Shown here: piece after piece, positions 10,915-21,417 of the stretch
Layout: each line of letters opens with the position of its first letter
Position numbering within the stretch: position 1 is the stretch's first letter
Assembly (NCBI GenBank): GCA_977017575.1
Contig: CDRNVI010000040.1
Location: forward strand, 868,001 to 932,000
DNA length: 64,000 bases
Source: Paramoeba atlantica
Lineage: Eukaryota; Protista; Discosea
Direction of reading: 5' to 3'
Notes under the pieces: model-generated
Seen by the model: the letters and a program-made list of their open reading frames with translations, nothing else
Told to the model about the DNA's origin: nothing
Database searches by the model: none
Program-made: the position numbers and the translations under genes

Positions 10915-11459
10915 GCACTTATAGTGCAGAGATTTGCCTCACTACATGTCCTTACCCCGTATACGACGGGCGGATCACGTGAGGGTTCGCCTTCGCCTAT
11001 GGCAAGTGGGTGCAGAGAGCTGGCGTCCCAGGTGCAGAGAGCTCGGTTGCCATGTGCAGGTGCAGAGATCCGGATGCGTAATCCCCACATTACAGTTTCG
11101 GGGGCAATCCGGGTGCAGAGAGCTGCGACAGAGCCGAGGTGCGGAGAGCTGGGTGACCGCCAGGTGCGGAGAGCCGGAAGTCGTAGCGAAGGACACGTCT
11201 AGTGGTCCTCAAGGGAGGCCACCGTGACGCATTGCCTCCTCGGAAAGGTAGACACGAGAAAGAAAAGCCGAGAGAGGGAAGCACACTCACTCCAGGAGAG
11301 TGAGTCTGGGAGGGGTGAAGGGTGAAAGGTGCGTCCCCTGCTTCAACAAAAAGAGGGACAGTCCCGACCTTAGTGCCGGCCAGCAAAGGGCATATAATTA
11401 CAGTAAGACTATGCCCGTTGCCGGGGAAAGAAAGGATGAACAACAAGGTACAGAAACTG
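10915..11459 (-). mobile_element. SL-headed element (CAGTTTCTGTACCTTGTTG at 11459-11441) with CTCTCTGCACC repeats
   Basis: 19-nt SL-like match; homology to 3981-4140; about 7 GGTGCAGAGAGC-type repeats at 10923-11176. Confidence 0.65.
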
Positions 11460-11769
11460 AGGGTGTTGCTAATCCCTGGACAGTATGCTGCCCAGGGACA
11501 CAGCAACTCCCCATTATCTCGGCGTAGTAAACACGCCTTGGCTTGCCTGACACTGTGATCGCCGAGAGAGAAAAAAAATATTTCTCCCGAGTCATTTCAC
11601 AGCCCAGAATGCTTCCCACTTAAGGGGCCCGTTTCCGTATCCGAGTGATCTCCCCGGCAACACGTCTTTCGACGTGCGTCAAGAAGGCTGGGATACGGAA
11701 CCAGGGTGTGCAAGTACGTGCTGTACTCGCACGTTTAATAAGCTCTTTTTTTTTACGGATTTCCTTTTT

Positions 11770-12340
11770 TTTAGCACTGATCACAAAGATCACGAAGGCC
11801 ACAAACGGTGGGTCACAAAGATCCCAAACACGAGATAACAAATAATGGGTCATTAAGATTTCAAGTGAACCGATCACAAAGATAACAAACAAACAAACAA
11901 ACAAACAAACCAATCAGGTAATATACACATCCGATTACAAAGATCCCGTGCAATGAATCATAAGGACTTCATAGATACCAAACAAACGATCACAAATATC
12001 CTAAGTAAGGGGTCGAAAAGATCACAAAAAAAACAGATCACAAAGATCCCCATACAACCAATCCTCAACAACCGATCAAAAAGCTCCTGAACAATGGGTC
12101 ACAAAAACCCCAAAATAACGTATATCAAAGATCCCAAACAACGGGTCACAAAGATCCCCAAATAACCGATTAAAAGGCTCTTTTTATAATGGGTCGCAAA
12201 GATAAATACCACAAAAAACAACAAATAAAAACAAGATTCTAAACAAACGATCGTTAACATTCTAAACAATAGGTCACAAAGATTTCGAATAACGGATCAC
12301 AAAAGTCACAAGCAATCTGTCATAAGGCTGCGAACATTAT
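11770..12340. repeat. Degenerate GATCACAAAGATC minisatellite-like tract
   Basis: Many imperfect copies of GATCACAAA/GGGTCACAAAGATCCC. Confidence 0.7.
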
Positions 12341-12743
12341 AAAGATCCAAAATCCTGCATCTTAAAGCAAACTTCTAATATTTGCCTTGTGATTTTTTTT
12401 CCCTTTTCTATCAACGCGACCCGCGCAATGCATCCAATAATGCGGCGTTGGCAATATATTTACAACCTACAACTTACTCGCTTACTCGTCTCCCATAGCG
12501 GGATGTAATTTACCAACCCTTTTTTTTTCTTTTCTTTTTTGCAGAAGCGACCAAGGCGAGATCTTGCTTCCCCTCACGGGACTTTACATATTCTCGGGGA
12601 GGCCCCCCACACAAATTCTTTCAAGCAGATCCAAATCATTCGTGCGTACTTCGCACCGGATCTTCCGACTTCTGTTCAGCCTGCTTCTTCTCGTGCCACG
12701 AGAGGCGCGAGAGCTGGGCATTTGCCTAGAGCGGCATGATCAC

Positions 12744-12871
12744 GTTTTTTTCTCTCTCTCGGCGATCACAGTGCCAGGCAAGCCAAGGCGTGTTTACTAC
12801 GCCGAGATAATGGGGAGTTGCTGTGTCCCTGGGCAGCATACTGTCCAGGGATTAGCAACACCCTCATTATC
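12744..12871 (+). other. Strongly structured non-coding segment; inverted copy at 11459-11579
   Basis: CTCGGCG/CGCCGAG stem plus long hairpin 12806-12871 with CATA loop. Confidence 0.55.
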
Positions 12872-13464
12872 ACAGACTTCATAAGCACCTTGGAACCGGA
12901 ACCAAGCCCAGTACGCCTGGCAAGCCATGGCACCGAATAGCTCTTCTTTTTTCTCCTTCTTTCTTCTTCTTATCCCTCAAAAGTGGGACCATATGCTTGC
13001 TCACATCGTTCGAAGATCAGTTTCGGACGTCATATCCCGAGTCACCTACCGTTCGTAAAGCACACTAACATCCCACTAAACAATCGTAGCAAATGTTTCA
13101 CAAAGACCACCGCTACTAAAAGCTCTAAACTGCGGTACGTTTGACGGCGCGCTGGATCAAACAGCGAGGCGATCACATTTCGAAAAGTAGACTTCCTTAT
13201 TTCTATGCCCCCTTTTCTTCACGTTTTCAAAAGTAACAATTCGAAACAAAAGCTTCTTTTTTTCTCTGTGACAATCGTAGGAAATGTTCACACATTTCCA
13301 GAGCACCTTCATCCTACAAACATCAGTCAAGCTATGGATGGTGCCACCAATCCTCCTCTTCTTCCTTCACCTCAAAAAGGACTTGAAACAATACATTAAA
13401 AAACAGCATCAAATCGGATCTGAATCTCCGATATTCCGGTCGAAATCTCCTCATCGCGCAAACA

Positions 13465-13715
13465 AAGTCCAAACCTCACTACACCAATTGTAGCGGAAAT
13501 AGAGCCATAAAAGGCATCGGATCATAAAATCCGGAACACAAAACAAGTCCAAAGGACCTCACTACACCAATTGTAGTGGAAATGGAGCCATAAAAGGCGT
13601 CGGATCATAAAATCCGGAACATAAAACAAGTCCAAAGGACCTCACTACACCAACTGTAGTGGAAATGGAGCCATAAAAGGCCTCTTTTATAATAAATAGC
13701 CATAAAAGGCCTCTT
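13465..13715. repeat. Tandem ~75-80-bp repeat, about 3 copies
   Basis: CCTCACTACACCAATTGTAGTGGAAATGGAGCCATAAAAGGC...GGATCATAAAATCCGGAAC repeated. Confidence 0.8.
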
Positions 13716-14402
13716 TATAAATGAGTCTTTGTATAAATGAGTCATGGCACTCGGAAGGTTGTCGAGATTGACTTCACCAGAGAAGGAGTTAAAGCTGAAG
13801 GAAACAACCAACAAATTTTGAGAAAGCACTGTTAGATCCACAACACCATAGAATTGATTATTCTCCACTGATATTTCTTTTATCTTCTTAGGAAGTTGCG
13901 CAGTTTTAAATGTTCCATTGGCCGCGTTATTACGCAAGTTAAGTACTTTCAAAAAAGGAGACAACTGAAAAAGTGGTACTTCCCCGCAAAGATTGTTTCC
14001 AGGAATCTCAAGTCTAAGAAGCGAATGAGGTAGGTATTGCCATTGTAGCGATCCAGCTGTGCAAAAATATTCCCAATTGATATGTATCACTTCCGATTGC
14101 TCATTGCATTCAACTCCTTTCCAATCACAAGCGGGGGTAGCATCATTCCACGACGAATGCTTCTCCTGCACATTTTCAATAAGCCGCGTAAGGTCAAACT
14201 CTGCAGGGAGTGCTACACCACGAACTTTTCCCCTTACAGCCGGAAGAGAATGCCGGTTATTCTCTCGCATCGACATGTGCATACCCTCTTTTTTACGTTT
14301 CTTAGCAAGGGGTTGATGAGGATCTGATGAATTAACAGGCATACAAAATACCCAATAAAATGTGAGAAAACGTAAAAGCATTTTCAGCCATAGAGAAAAC
14401 AT
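13605..14402 (-). pseudogene. LRR gene whose 3' end (below ~13730) is replaced by the tandem repeat
   Basis: GKVRGVALPAEFDL cap and LRR units end at NLPSAMTHL, then the frame reads into the repeat. Confidence 0.75.
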
Positions 14403-14501
14403 TAATGCTCTGCAGTGTTTCTCAAATGTACGAAAAGTGCTAAACAGTGTTTACATCATATTGAATTTCACATGAGGTCCAAGCGTTGTACCAGTAAGGC
14501 T

Positions 14502-15797
14502 TCACGACATCACCTCTCCGATTTCATGGTTATTGACGCGTTGCTCAATGATCTGATTCTCCGACACTCCTGTGCAACAACTTTCTTTCGGATGGGCCAA
14601 GCCTTCAATAGATTCCAGACTCGACTGTACGAGTTTCTCTATGTAGGAGTCCGTGTTTTGATCCTGACGTACGGGATCGCAGGGCACCCCCATAAGATCA
14701 AACGGGCTGTAGAACGAGGAAAAGTCATGTTCGGGAACCGCATCGTAAGGGTGTACAGGAATCCCACACAGCAGTGCCGTCTCGGCCGCCCATGTTCGGG
14801 CCACGTGGGTGAGTGTGTAACCCCCACCCCCAAGAAACAGCGTGGGGATTCCCAAATCCCGTACTTTCCGCACACACTTTGCGTGTCCCCCAAGCGAAGA
14901 GAGGTTAAAGGTGCCAATACGGTCCCCCGCCACCGAGTCCGCCCCGCACTGCATTACAATTGCCTCAGGAGCGTACACCCGTATGAGGGCCTCGAGCAGT
15001 GGACAGAATACCCGATGGTAGAACACCTCATCGCGTATTCCATCACGTAAGGGGAGATTCAGCGCGTACCCTGCTCCCTCTCCCACCCCCCTATCCCCGC
15101 GGCACCCCGTACCCGGAAAAAACGCCCCTCCCTTATGCAGGGACAGCGTAAACACCCGATCCGTCGTGTAGAACGCCTCCTCCACCGCGTCCCCGTGGTG
15201 GATATCAATATCCACATACAGCACCCGTCGATGGACCTTCAGCAACTCCAGGATCGCCACCACGACATCGTTGAGGTAGCAGAACCCGCTGGAGGCCCAG
15301 GCCCGGGCGTGGTGCATCCCGCCCCCCCAGTGCACCGCGCAGGTCGTGAGGCGCGCGTTCAGCAGCACCGCCCCCGCGAGACTCCCCGCCACGACGCGCG
15401 CGCTGTAGGGGAAGGCCCCGGGGAACGGGGGGCAGTCCGCGTTGAACCGCAGCAGCCGGCGCGTGGCGCTCTCCCCCTCGTGCAGGCGGGACCCCCCCGG
15501 GACCCATTTCGGGGGGAAGTAGGGGGCGTAGGGGGAGGGGGGAGGCTTTGGTGAATTCGTGAGAGGGGACGCGCTGGAGGCTTGGAGAAAATCAATATAC
15601 GGAGCGGCGTGGTAGGTCTCGAGGAGGTGGTGGGGGAGGGGCGGGGGGGTGAGGACACGCATGTGTTTTAAGAGTCCCATGGACTCGATGAGGGTGTGGG
15701 TCATGCGGAGTCGGAGGGGTTTCATGGGGTGGGTGGCGACCTCGCCGTAGCTAAAGGCGCTGACGGTGGGGTCCCAGATGTAGACCACGTCGCTCAT
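14502..15797 (-). CDS. Class I (RPD3-like) histone deacetylase
   Basis: HPMKPLRL, GGMHHA, SGFCYLND, DIDIHHGD, QCGADS, GGGGY motifs. Confidence 0.95.
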   Translation of the reverse strand: MSDVVYIWDPTVSAFSYGEVATHPMKPLRLRMTHTLIESMGLLKHMRVLTPPPLPHHLLETYHAAPYIDFLQASSASPLTNSPKPPPSPYAPYFPPKWVPGGSRLHEGESATRRLLRFNADCPPFPGAFPYSARVVAGSLAGAVLLNARLTTCAVHWGGGMHHARAWASSGFCYLNDVVVAILELLKVHRRVLYVDIDIHHGDAVEEAFYTTDRVFTLSLHKGGAFFPGTGCRGDRGVGEGAGYALNLPLRDGIRDEVFYHRVFCPLLEALIRVYAPEAIVMQCGADSVAGDRIGTFNLSSLGGHAKCVRKVRDLGIPTLFLGGGGYTLTHVARTWAAETALLCGIPVHPYDAVPEHDFSSFYSPFDLMGVPCDPVRQDQNTDSYIEKLVQSSLESIEGLAHPKESCCTGVSENQIIEQRVNNHEIGEVMS

Positions 15798-16391
15798 GGT
15801 GGTCGGCGTGGGGGGGAATTCGTGTGTGAAGAAATACGAGATGGAAAACGAGATTTTCGCGAAAAAGGGGGTAGATTCTCATAAAAGTGCGGTACACGTG
15901 TGATACCACCGAAGAGGAAAACCACCCTAAGTCCTCGCAAAAATTTATGAACAAAGAGAATTTGTAGAATGTACAGTGCGGGATTTTATTACGGGACACA
16001 TAAATTACGGGACAACTCAATTACGGGACACTTAATTAAGGGACACTTGGGCTTTGGGAGTGAGTTTCGCCCCCACTGCCTGGAACGAAGCGCGGTGGAT
16101 CGGGCTAGGCCGGCGTATTCTCAGTAAAACAGTTTTACACGCCCAAATAAGCGGTGTATAAACATAACAAAAAATATAATAACAGAACCTGCAGTACAAT
16201 CACTCTCTACATTTCACAGGTCATCTCAAAGACCAAAGCCAAGGAACACTTACTGTGCCCCCCCACTTATAGTGCCGCGGGGTACCCCTCCCCTACTTAT
16301 AGTGCCATTTTGAAAAAAAATTGTCCGAAAAAAAATGACCAATTTTGACCAAAAAGTACAGTAAACATGGTGGAAATTTCTAATATTGAGT

Positions 16392-16490
16392 GACTTCGTT
16401 AAACATGGTGGTTGTTTTCAACTTAGAAGTCACTCATGCTGCGCGTTTAGCGTTGAAAAATACCTCCGCGTTTAACGAAGCCACTAAAAT
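16392..16490 (+). repeat. Degenerate hairpin-family terminal hairpin (H3); small internal fragment at 16706-16738
   Basis: GGTGGTTGTTTTCAACTTAGAAGTCACTCATGCTGCGCG...CGCGTTTAACGAAG. Confidence 0.75.
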
Positions 16491-16624
16491 TTCATTTTAT
16501 ATAATTTTTATATAATTTTTATATAATTTTATATAATTATAATTATAATCTATAAACCTTTTTAGTTTATAATTATAATTATAGTTTATAATTATTAATG
16601 AGATTCGGTTCTGTGACCTTACTT

Positions 16625-18227
16625 TTATTGTGCCCAACTTTCAGACAAAAGTTGTTTTTTTTGCGGAAACGGTATCTTTATCTTTTGAGTAGCTTTTCTG
16701 CTCCCCTCCTGCGCGTACCAGGGGGGTACCCCCAAGGGAAGCATAGTACTGTTGGCAACTTCCTCTCTTTTATAATACCGAATACGGACTAATTGATGGT
16801 TAATGTTGTCTGCAATTGAGGGAAACATTGTCTTGAGCTGCTCTGTGATAGCTGTGAAAAGAGGTTGCTTATTACCTTTCCAACAACGTTGATACTTTAC
16901 ACTTTTTTGAAAAAGGTAATCGACAGCGTCACAAACACTTTGCTTTGTCGACCAAGGAAGCTGTTTTTTGGCTGTTTTACCCAAAAGAGGTGAAGTTTCC
17001 GTTGTAATCTCAGTCTCGCCAGATGCGACATCAATAGGTGTAGAAATCTTCCACTTAGGAACAAAACCATCGAGAGAAAATAACATCTCCTTATCATCGT
17101 CCCAAAATATCGGCATACCATCCTGATTTATGGAGAAAAGCAAACTATACAGTCCAGGTACTGGTTTCCCCCCCCAGGCTCCAGAGCACACCGTAAGAGC
17201 TTTTGACCTAATTCCTTCGGCATTCAACAGATCTCGAAAAACTAGAGCGTTTACCGCCGTTTGCGTGCCTATCAAAAATATTTAGAAAAAAGTAGCCTGT
17301 CAAAAATATTTAGAAAAAACACGAAAAAAAACCATAAATTTACTAAAAAATCCCAATATTTCGAAAATTTGGGAGTTTTTTATTCAAATATGGTTTCTCA
17401 TTCTATGAATTTGATGGATACTCCCGCCAAATCTACTAGACCAGTACTAAAGGCCAGTACAACTCGACGAAAAGCAAGATACCCCCTATTACCCATAAAA
17501 CGTCACGATGTGCACTCGCAGAGCGCCTTGACCGAATTGTTAAGGAAAATTTGAAACCAGAGACTGAAAAACAGCTCCGGAAGGCGCTAAAGAAAGCCTT
17601 TATGATGCTCAAGCGTAATCCTTATGGACGCCAATTCTTAATTTGCATAAATTCAGTTCCTAAACGCTTGCGAATTGTGCGGAGCGTTCAAGGAGACCAT
17701 TGTAGGTACTAAAATATAGGAATCTATACACATTCTTTTCATTTCTCCCTCCTCTCAAAAATACTTTTTTTTGAATTTTGCCAACTTTCACCACGCCCAC
17801 CTAGGACCCAGGGGGGTGACAGGCAAAGCAACTTTGGGAAACGCACTAGTTTTTCGAGATCTGTCGAATGCCGAAGGAATTAGGTCAAAAGCTCTTACGG
17901 CGCGCTCTGGAGCCTGGGGGGAAAACCAATACCTGGACTGTATATACGACTTTGCAAGAAAATGCGGGAAATTCGCTCCTCCTCCAAGAGTTTGTTAAAA
18001 AAGGAATCAACCATTTCATTTGCAGATAAAGTAAGAAGGTTTTGTAACGCTGAGTAGTGTTGAGAAATTATTTCCCTATGATTTTCCAAAACCGCCGGAT
18101 CAAGACCTTCGGATGTGAAGACACTAGCGAACCATGCCAATTTTTTCTTTTCCCAGTGCTCAGAGGGCCGTCCGCCAACCGTTGCGAACTTATCCATCGT
18201 TCCGAGGGGTCGTTTTCGGGAGCTCAT
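16625..18227 (-). pseudogene. Unknown ORF (possible Myb/SANT-like C-terminus) split by a MITE, next to a CTCCCCCTCTCATTAAT terminus at 18367
   Basis: Removing 17150-17940 plus one TA restores the frame ...QSRIY-SLLFSINQDG... Confidence 0.7.
17150..17940 (+). mobile_element. Non-autonomous Tc1/mariner element, long TIR CAGTCCAGGTA..., TA TSD
   Basis: TA at 17148-49 and 17941-42; internal remnant of a Tc1 C-terminus (NSVPKRLRIV...GDHCRY*). Confidence 0.92.
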
Positions 18228-18609
18228 GATAATTCAACTAAAACTGAGTACCTAAAATTGAGGTTTATAATTTCGACAGTGAGTTTAGAATTATAATCCT
18301 AAAATTTTTTACTAACTTTTACCAACTAACTTTTTTAGAGGTTTATAATTATTAATGAGAGGGGGAGTACCCGCACCGACCCGGTCATAAAATATTGTGT
18401 AAAATATTGCGTAAAATATGTGTAAATTTCGTATAACTTGACCAATGTTGGAATTCGTAGCCCATTCGGGAGCTTTCGCAATGATATAAATCAATGCAAA
18501 GCATGTTCACAGAAAATCAATCAGATGTGATGCACATAATCCACATTTACAATGTTCGGTACGAAATATTTCGCGAGATCAAAACCAGGATACTTCGACG
18601 ATAAAGGTG

Positions 18610-18755
18610 CAGTTTCTGTACTTTGTTGAATTCTACTGTATCTCCTTTCTTTCCTTATTTCTCCCCCCCCCCCCCCCCATGGCGGAACTCCCTCTCAAGG
18701 GGCTTCTGTTCTGCGCGTACTGTGGCTCGAAATACGACCCACCCACCCCTTCACA
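18610..18755 (+). pseudogene. SL-bearing retrocopy fragment of a host mRNA (N-terminal CxxC zinc ribbon)
   Basis: CAGTTTCTGTACTTTGTTG, 50-nt pyrimidine-rich leader, ATG at 18679, MAELPLKGLLFCAYCGSKYDP. Confidence 0.6.
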
Positions 18756-19600
18756 ACAGACTTTTACCGCGGAGGATAGTACCGCGGCGTTGCCTTTCTG
18801 AGCAGCAACATTAATAGCTTGTAGTGCATGACACAGGAAACCTTTCGTGTCATGCGTATACCTTGCGATCTCCCTTAGGAGTACAGTGCGCTTCCCTGCC
18901 ACACCAAAAACGGTAAATACAAGGGGGTAAAAATGCATACCCTTTTAGTCGCCATGTCACTGTGCGCCTTTTCTTTTATGCTTTCCACCCTTTCTAGAGT
19001 GTTGCCAGGCGCTACCCATTCGGCCTTAACATAAGAAGGGGCGAGGGGGTTAACGACGGTTACGTCCACCAGACATACCTTCCCTCCCAGCATAAGTTAA
19101 GGTTTGCTTTTAGATGTCCTTAGATTTTCCCGATAAATGTTTATAACCCCGAAAGGCCTTTGGGTAAAGTCGATCGATGGCTTTAGTGATTTCTTCAGTA
19201 GACAGCGGTTGTCGTTCCTTTGCCTCTAGCGCTTTTGCTTTCCCGATCGCACCAAGTTTAAGCAGTGCCTCTGCTCGGCCTAATTTTGCCACACTCTTGG
19301 TTGCAGGTGAGGGGGTGAATTCTGGTTCTTGCTCGGCCATCTGCTTTCGTAGTTCATACGCCAGTTGCCGATGAGTCAGTTGACTTTCAGGCAGGAATAA
19401 GAACTGCTTCACTGCGCATAATAGGTTCCATGACATCTTTGCTTTTGCGTCTGTGTGTTGTATTTCAAAGTCTCTGCATATTCCACCGCATAATTCCTTC
19501 CAGCACGGTAATTGAATGTGATACAATTTACGCAGACTAGGTCGTGTAATCAGTTTTGTGTATGTTTCCCACAGGCTTTGTATTTCGTGGAGGCGGAAGA
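18756..19600 (-). mobile_element. CRE/SLACS-like non-LTR retrotransposon remnant with RT region deleted
   Basis: RLE-type endonuclease motifs DVTVVNPLAPSY...ESIKEKAH, FYPLVFTVFG, QAINVAAQKGNAAVL; upstream pre-RT-like RAEALLKLGAIGKA...LYP. Confidence 0.75.
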
Positions 19601-20308
19601 TTTATCGTATTACACAGTTTCTGTGAGATATGCGATTCCGATTGAACTTCTTGGTTGAACACAAAGATGTACTTATTTCCCAATGAAAAGGTTCAAAAAA
19701 CAGATGTTTATGTGTCTTCATAAGACGACGAGTCAGTGCGGGTCGGTGCGGGTAACTAGGTCGCCGACCCGGGTAATTACCCATTTACCCGGCATAATTA
19801 TAAATTATTATAATGTGCAAGCAGGTTATTATTACAATTGAAAAATGAAGTACCAAAATTTTTCTCGTAATCAACAGAAAACTCCGACGTAGATATTCGT
19901 TTTCCGTACTTCGAGCACCCCATAGGTTCTACTGTGTAATCCAATTTTTTTGACCAAAATCTCTTTTCGAAGAAGCGCTTGATAATTCCTGAGAATTCTT
20001 TCTATTGTTCAAGGTCTCTCAGAAAATCGAAACGGTCGGTGCTCTCTCGATGTTTTTCACCGAGAAACATTCTTTGTCTTCTTCAACCGAGAAGGCATAT
20101 CATGCACTACATTTCTTTTGAATCAAATGCAATCCGCAACGTACAATGTATGACTCGGTAAGGTCATTCATTCCATGAAGCACCTTGAGAAACCCAATTA
20201 TGATAATAATGTGAAATGTGATAATAATCCGAAATTTGATATTAATCCGCCCCCCGTTTTACAATTACTGGGTGTAATTAGTTGACATTTTCTAAGTTGA
20301 ATCTCTCC

Positions 20309-21340
20309 CTAGCTATTCGAAAGAGTGTTCAAGGACTTGATGCGCACGCCCGTGCGCTGAAAATTAAATTCATCCATTGTCAACGGAAGGGATTGATCGA
20401 CTTCACCGTAAAGGCCAAGGTTGCCATCACCGGTTAACGTTGTCAACGAAGTGGGGAGCTTGTCAAATAATACAAGACCGCTAAAACAATTGTTTCGACA
20501 AAGAAGTTTTTCAAGAGAGGCAGGCAAATGCTGCAAATCAAGTGGTCCTGCGAAATTGTTGTCCGATATACTAAGCAATCTGAGTTTGAGCGGTAACTTC
20601 AGCAAATCTACGTCCCCGGATAGTTGATTGTTTCTGATGTTTAGAACTTCCAAACTCGGTGGTAAATGGGCTAAATCCACACTTCCCTCAAACTTATTCG
20701 CGTGCAACTCAATTACGCGCGAAACTCGGGGCAAATGCCCTAATTCAAGTCCACCGGAAAGCCTATTCCAGGCAAGATACAAATCCGTAAGTAATGGAGG
20801 CAATAAATCAAGTTGTATGGTTCCTGAGATCATCCACATACTAAACACTTGGAGAGTTTCCGGAAGCCACTGCCAATGTATTGATCCGTTGTATCTGCTA
20901 ATCCCCGAATCGATTTTAATTATGCGCTTTCCATCATCACAAGTTACACTTTGCCATTCACACGCAGGAGTCAATGTGCTCCAGGAGGTGTGAGGATTTT
21001 CGATACCTGCCATAAGCTTTGCAAGTTGATATTCCTGTGGAAGGTTTGCCCCTCGTACCTTACCAGATTTGTATTGAACATCTGCGCTTCGAACCATGGC
21101 AACGTCTACGCGTCCAACTGCGGTTTGAGGATGAAGTGCACGCGAAAGTACCAAAGTTATGAAGATCATGTCAATTTGTGCGATAAAATAGTTATTCTTT
21201 GTAATTTTTGGACTGCCGGAGAAACGATTATTAAGATTTAAGTAAGAAATGGCGACAATGTTCCGCACTACGAGAACGAAAGCTACGTATCTTTTGCGAA
21301 AAATGAGCAAAAACGGATAAAACCAGATAAAAAAGTACAC
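20309..21340 (-). CDS. Short LRR protein (paralog of 38206 and 58861); real start probably downstream of the ORF start
   Basis: VRSADVQYKSGKVRGANLPQEYQL cap plus LRR units. Confidence 0.88.
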   Translation of the reverse strand: MYFFIWFYPFLLIFRKRYVAFVLVVRNIVAISYLNLNNRFSGSPKITKNNYFIAQIDMIFITLVLSRALHPQTAVGRVDVAMVRSADVQYKSGKVRGANLPQEYQLAKLMAGIENPHTSWSTLTPACEWQSVTCDDGKRIIKIDSGISRYNGSIHWQWLPETLQVFSMWMISGTIQLDLLPPLLTDLYLAWNRLSGGLELGHLPRVSRVIELHANKFEGSVDLAHLPPSLEVLNIRNNQLSGDVDLLKLPLKLRLLSISDNNFAGPLDLQHLPASLEKLLCRNNCFSGLVLFDKLPTSLTTLTGDGNLGLYGEVDQSLPLTMDEFNFQRTGVRIKSLNTLSNS

Positions 21341-21417
21341 TTTGCTGAAGGGGGGCTACTTACATGACCAACATTGCATCATACGCCCCGCCGTCTTTTC
21401 AATCCCTTTCTTTATCA

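Larger units (their letters stand above)
18370..19752. mobile_element. TIR element (14-bp TIR CCCGCACCGACCCG, TA flanks) carrying captured sequence
   Basis: TA at 18368-69 and 19753-54 with inverted 14-mers. Confidence 0.65.

Noticed and set aside
18580-18660. A true SL RNA gene
   Set aside because: The exon-like match is not followed by a GT donor or recognisable intron, and there is no tandem array.
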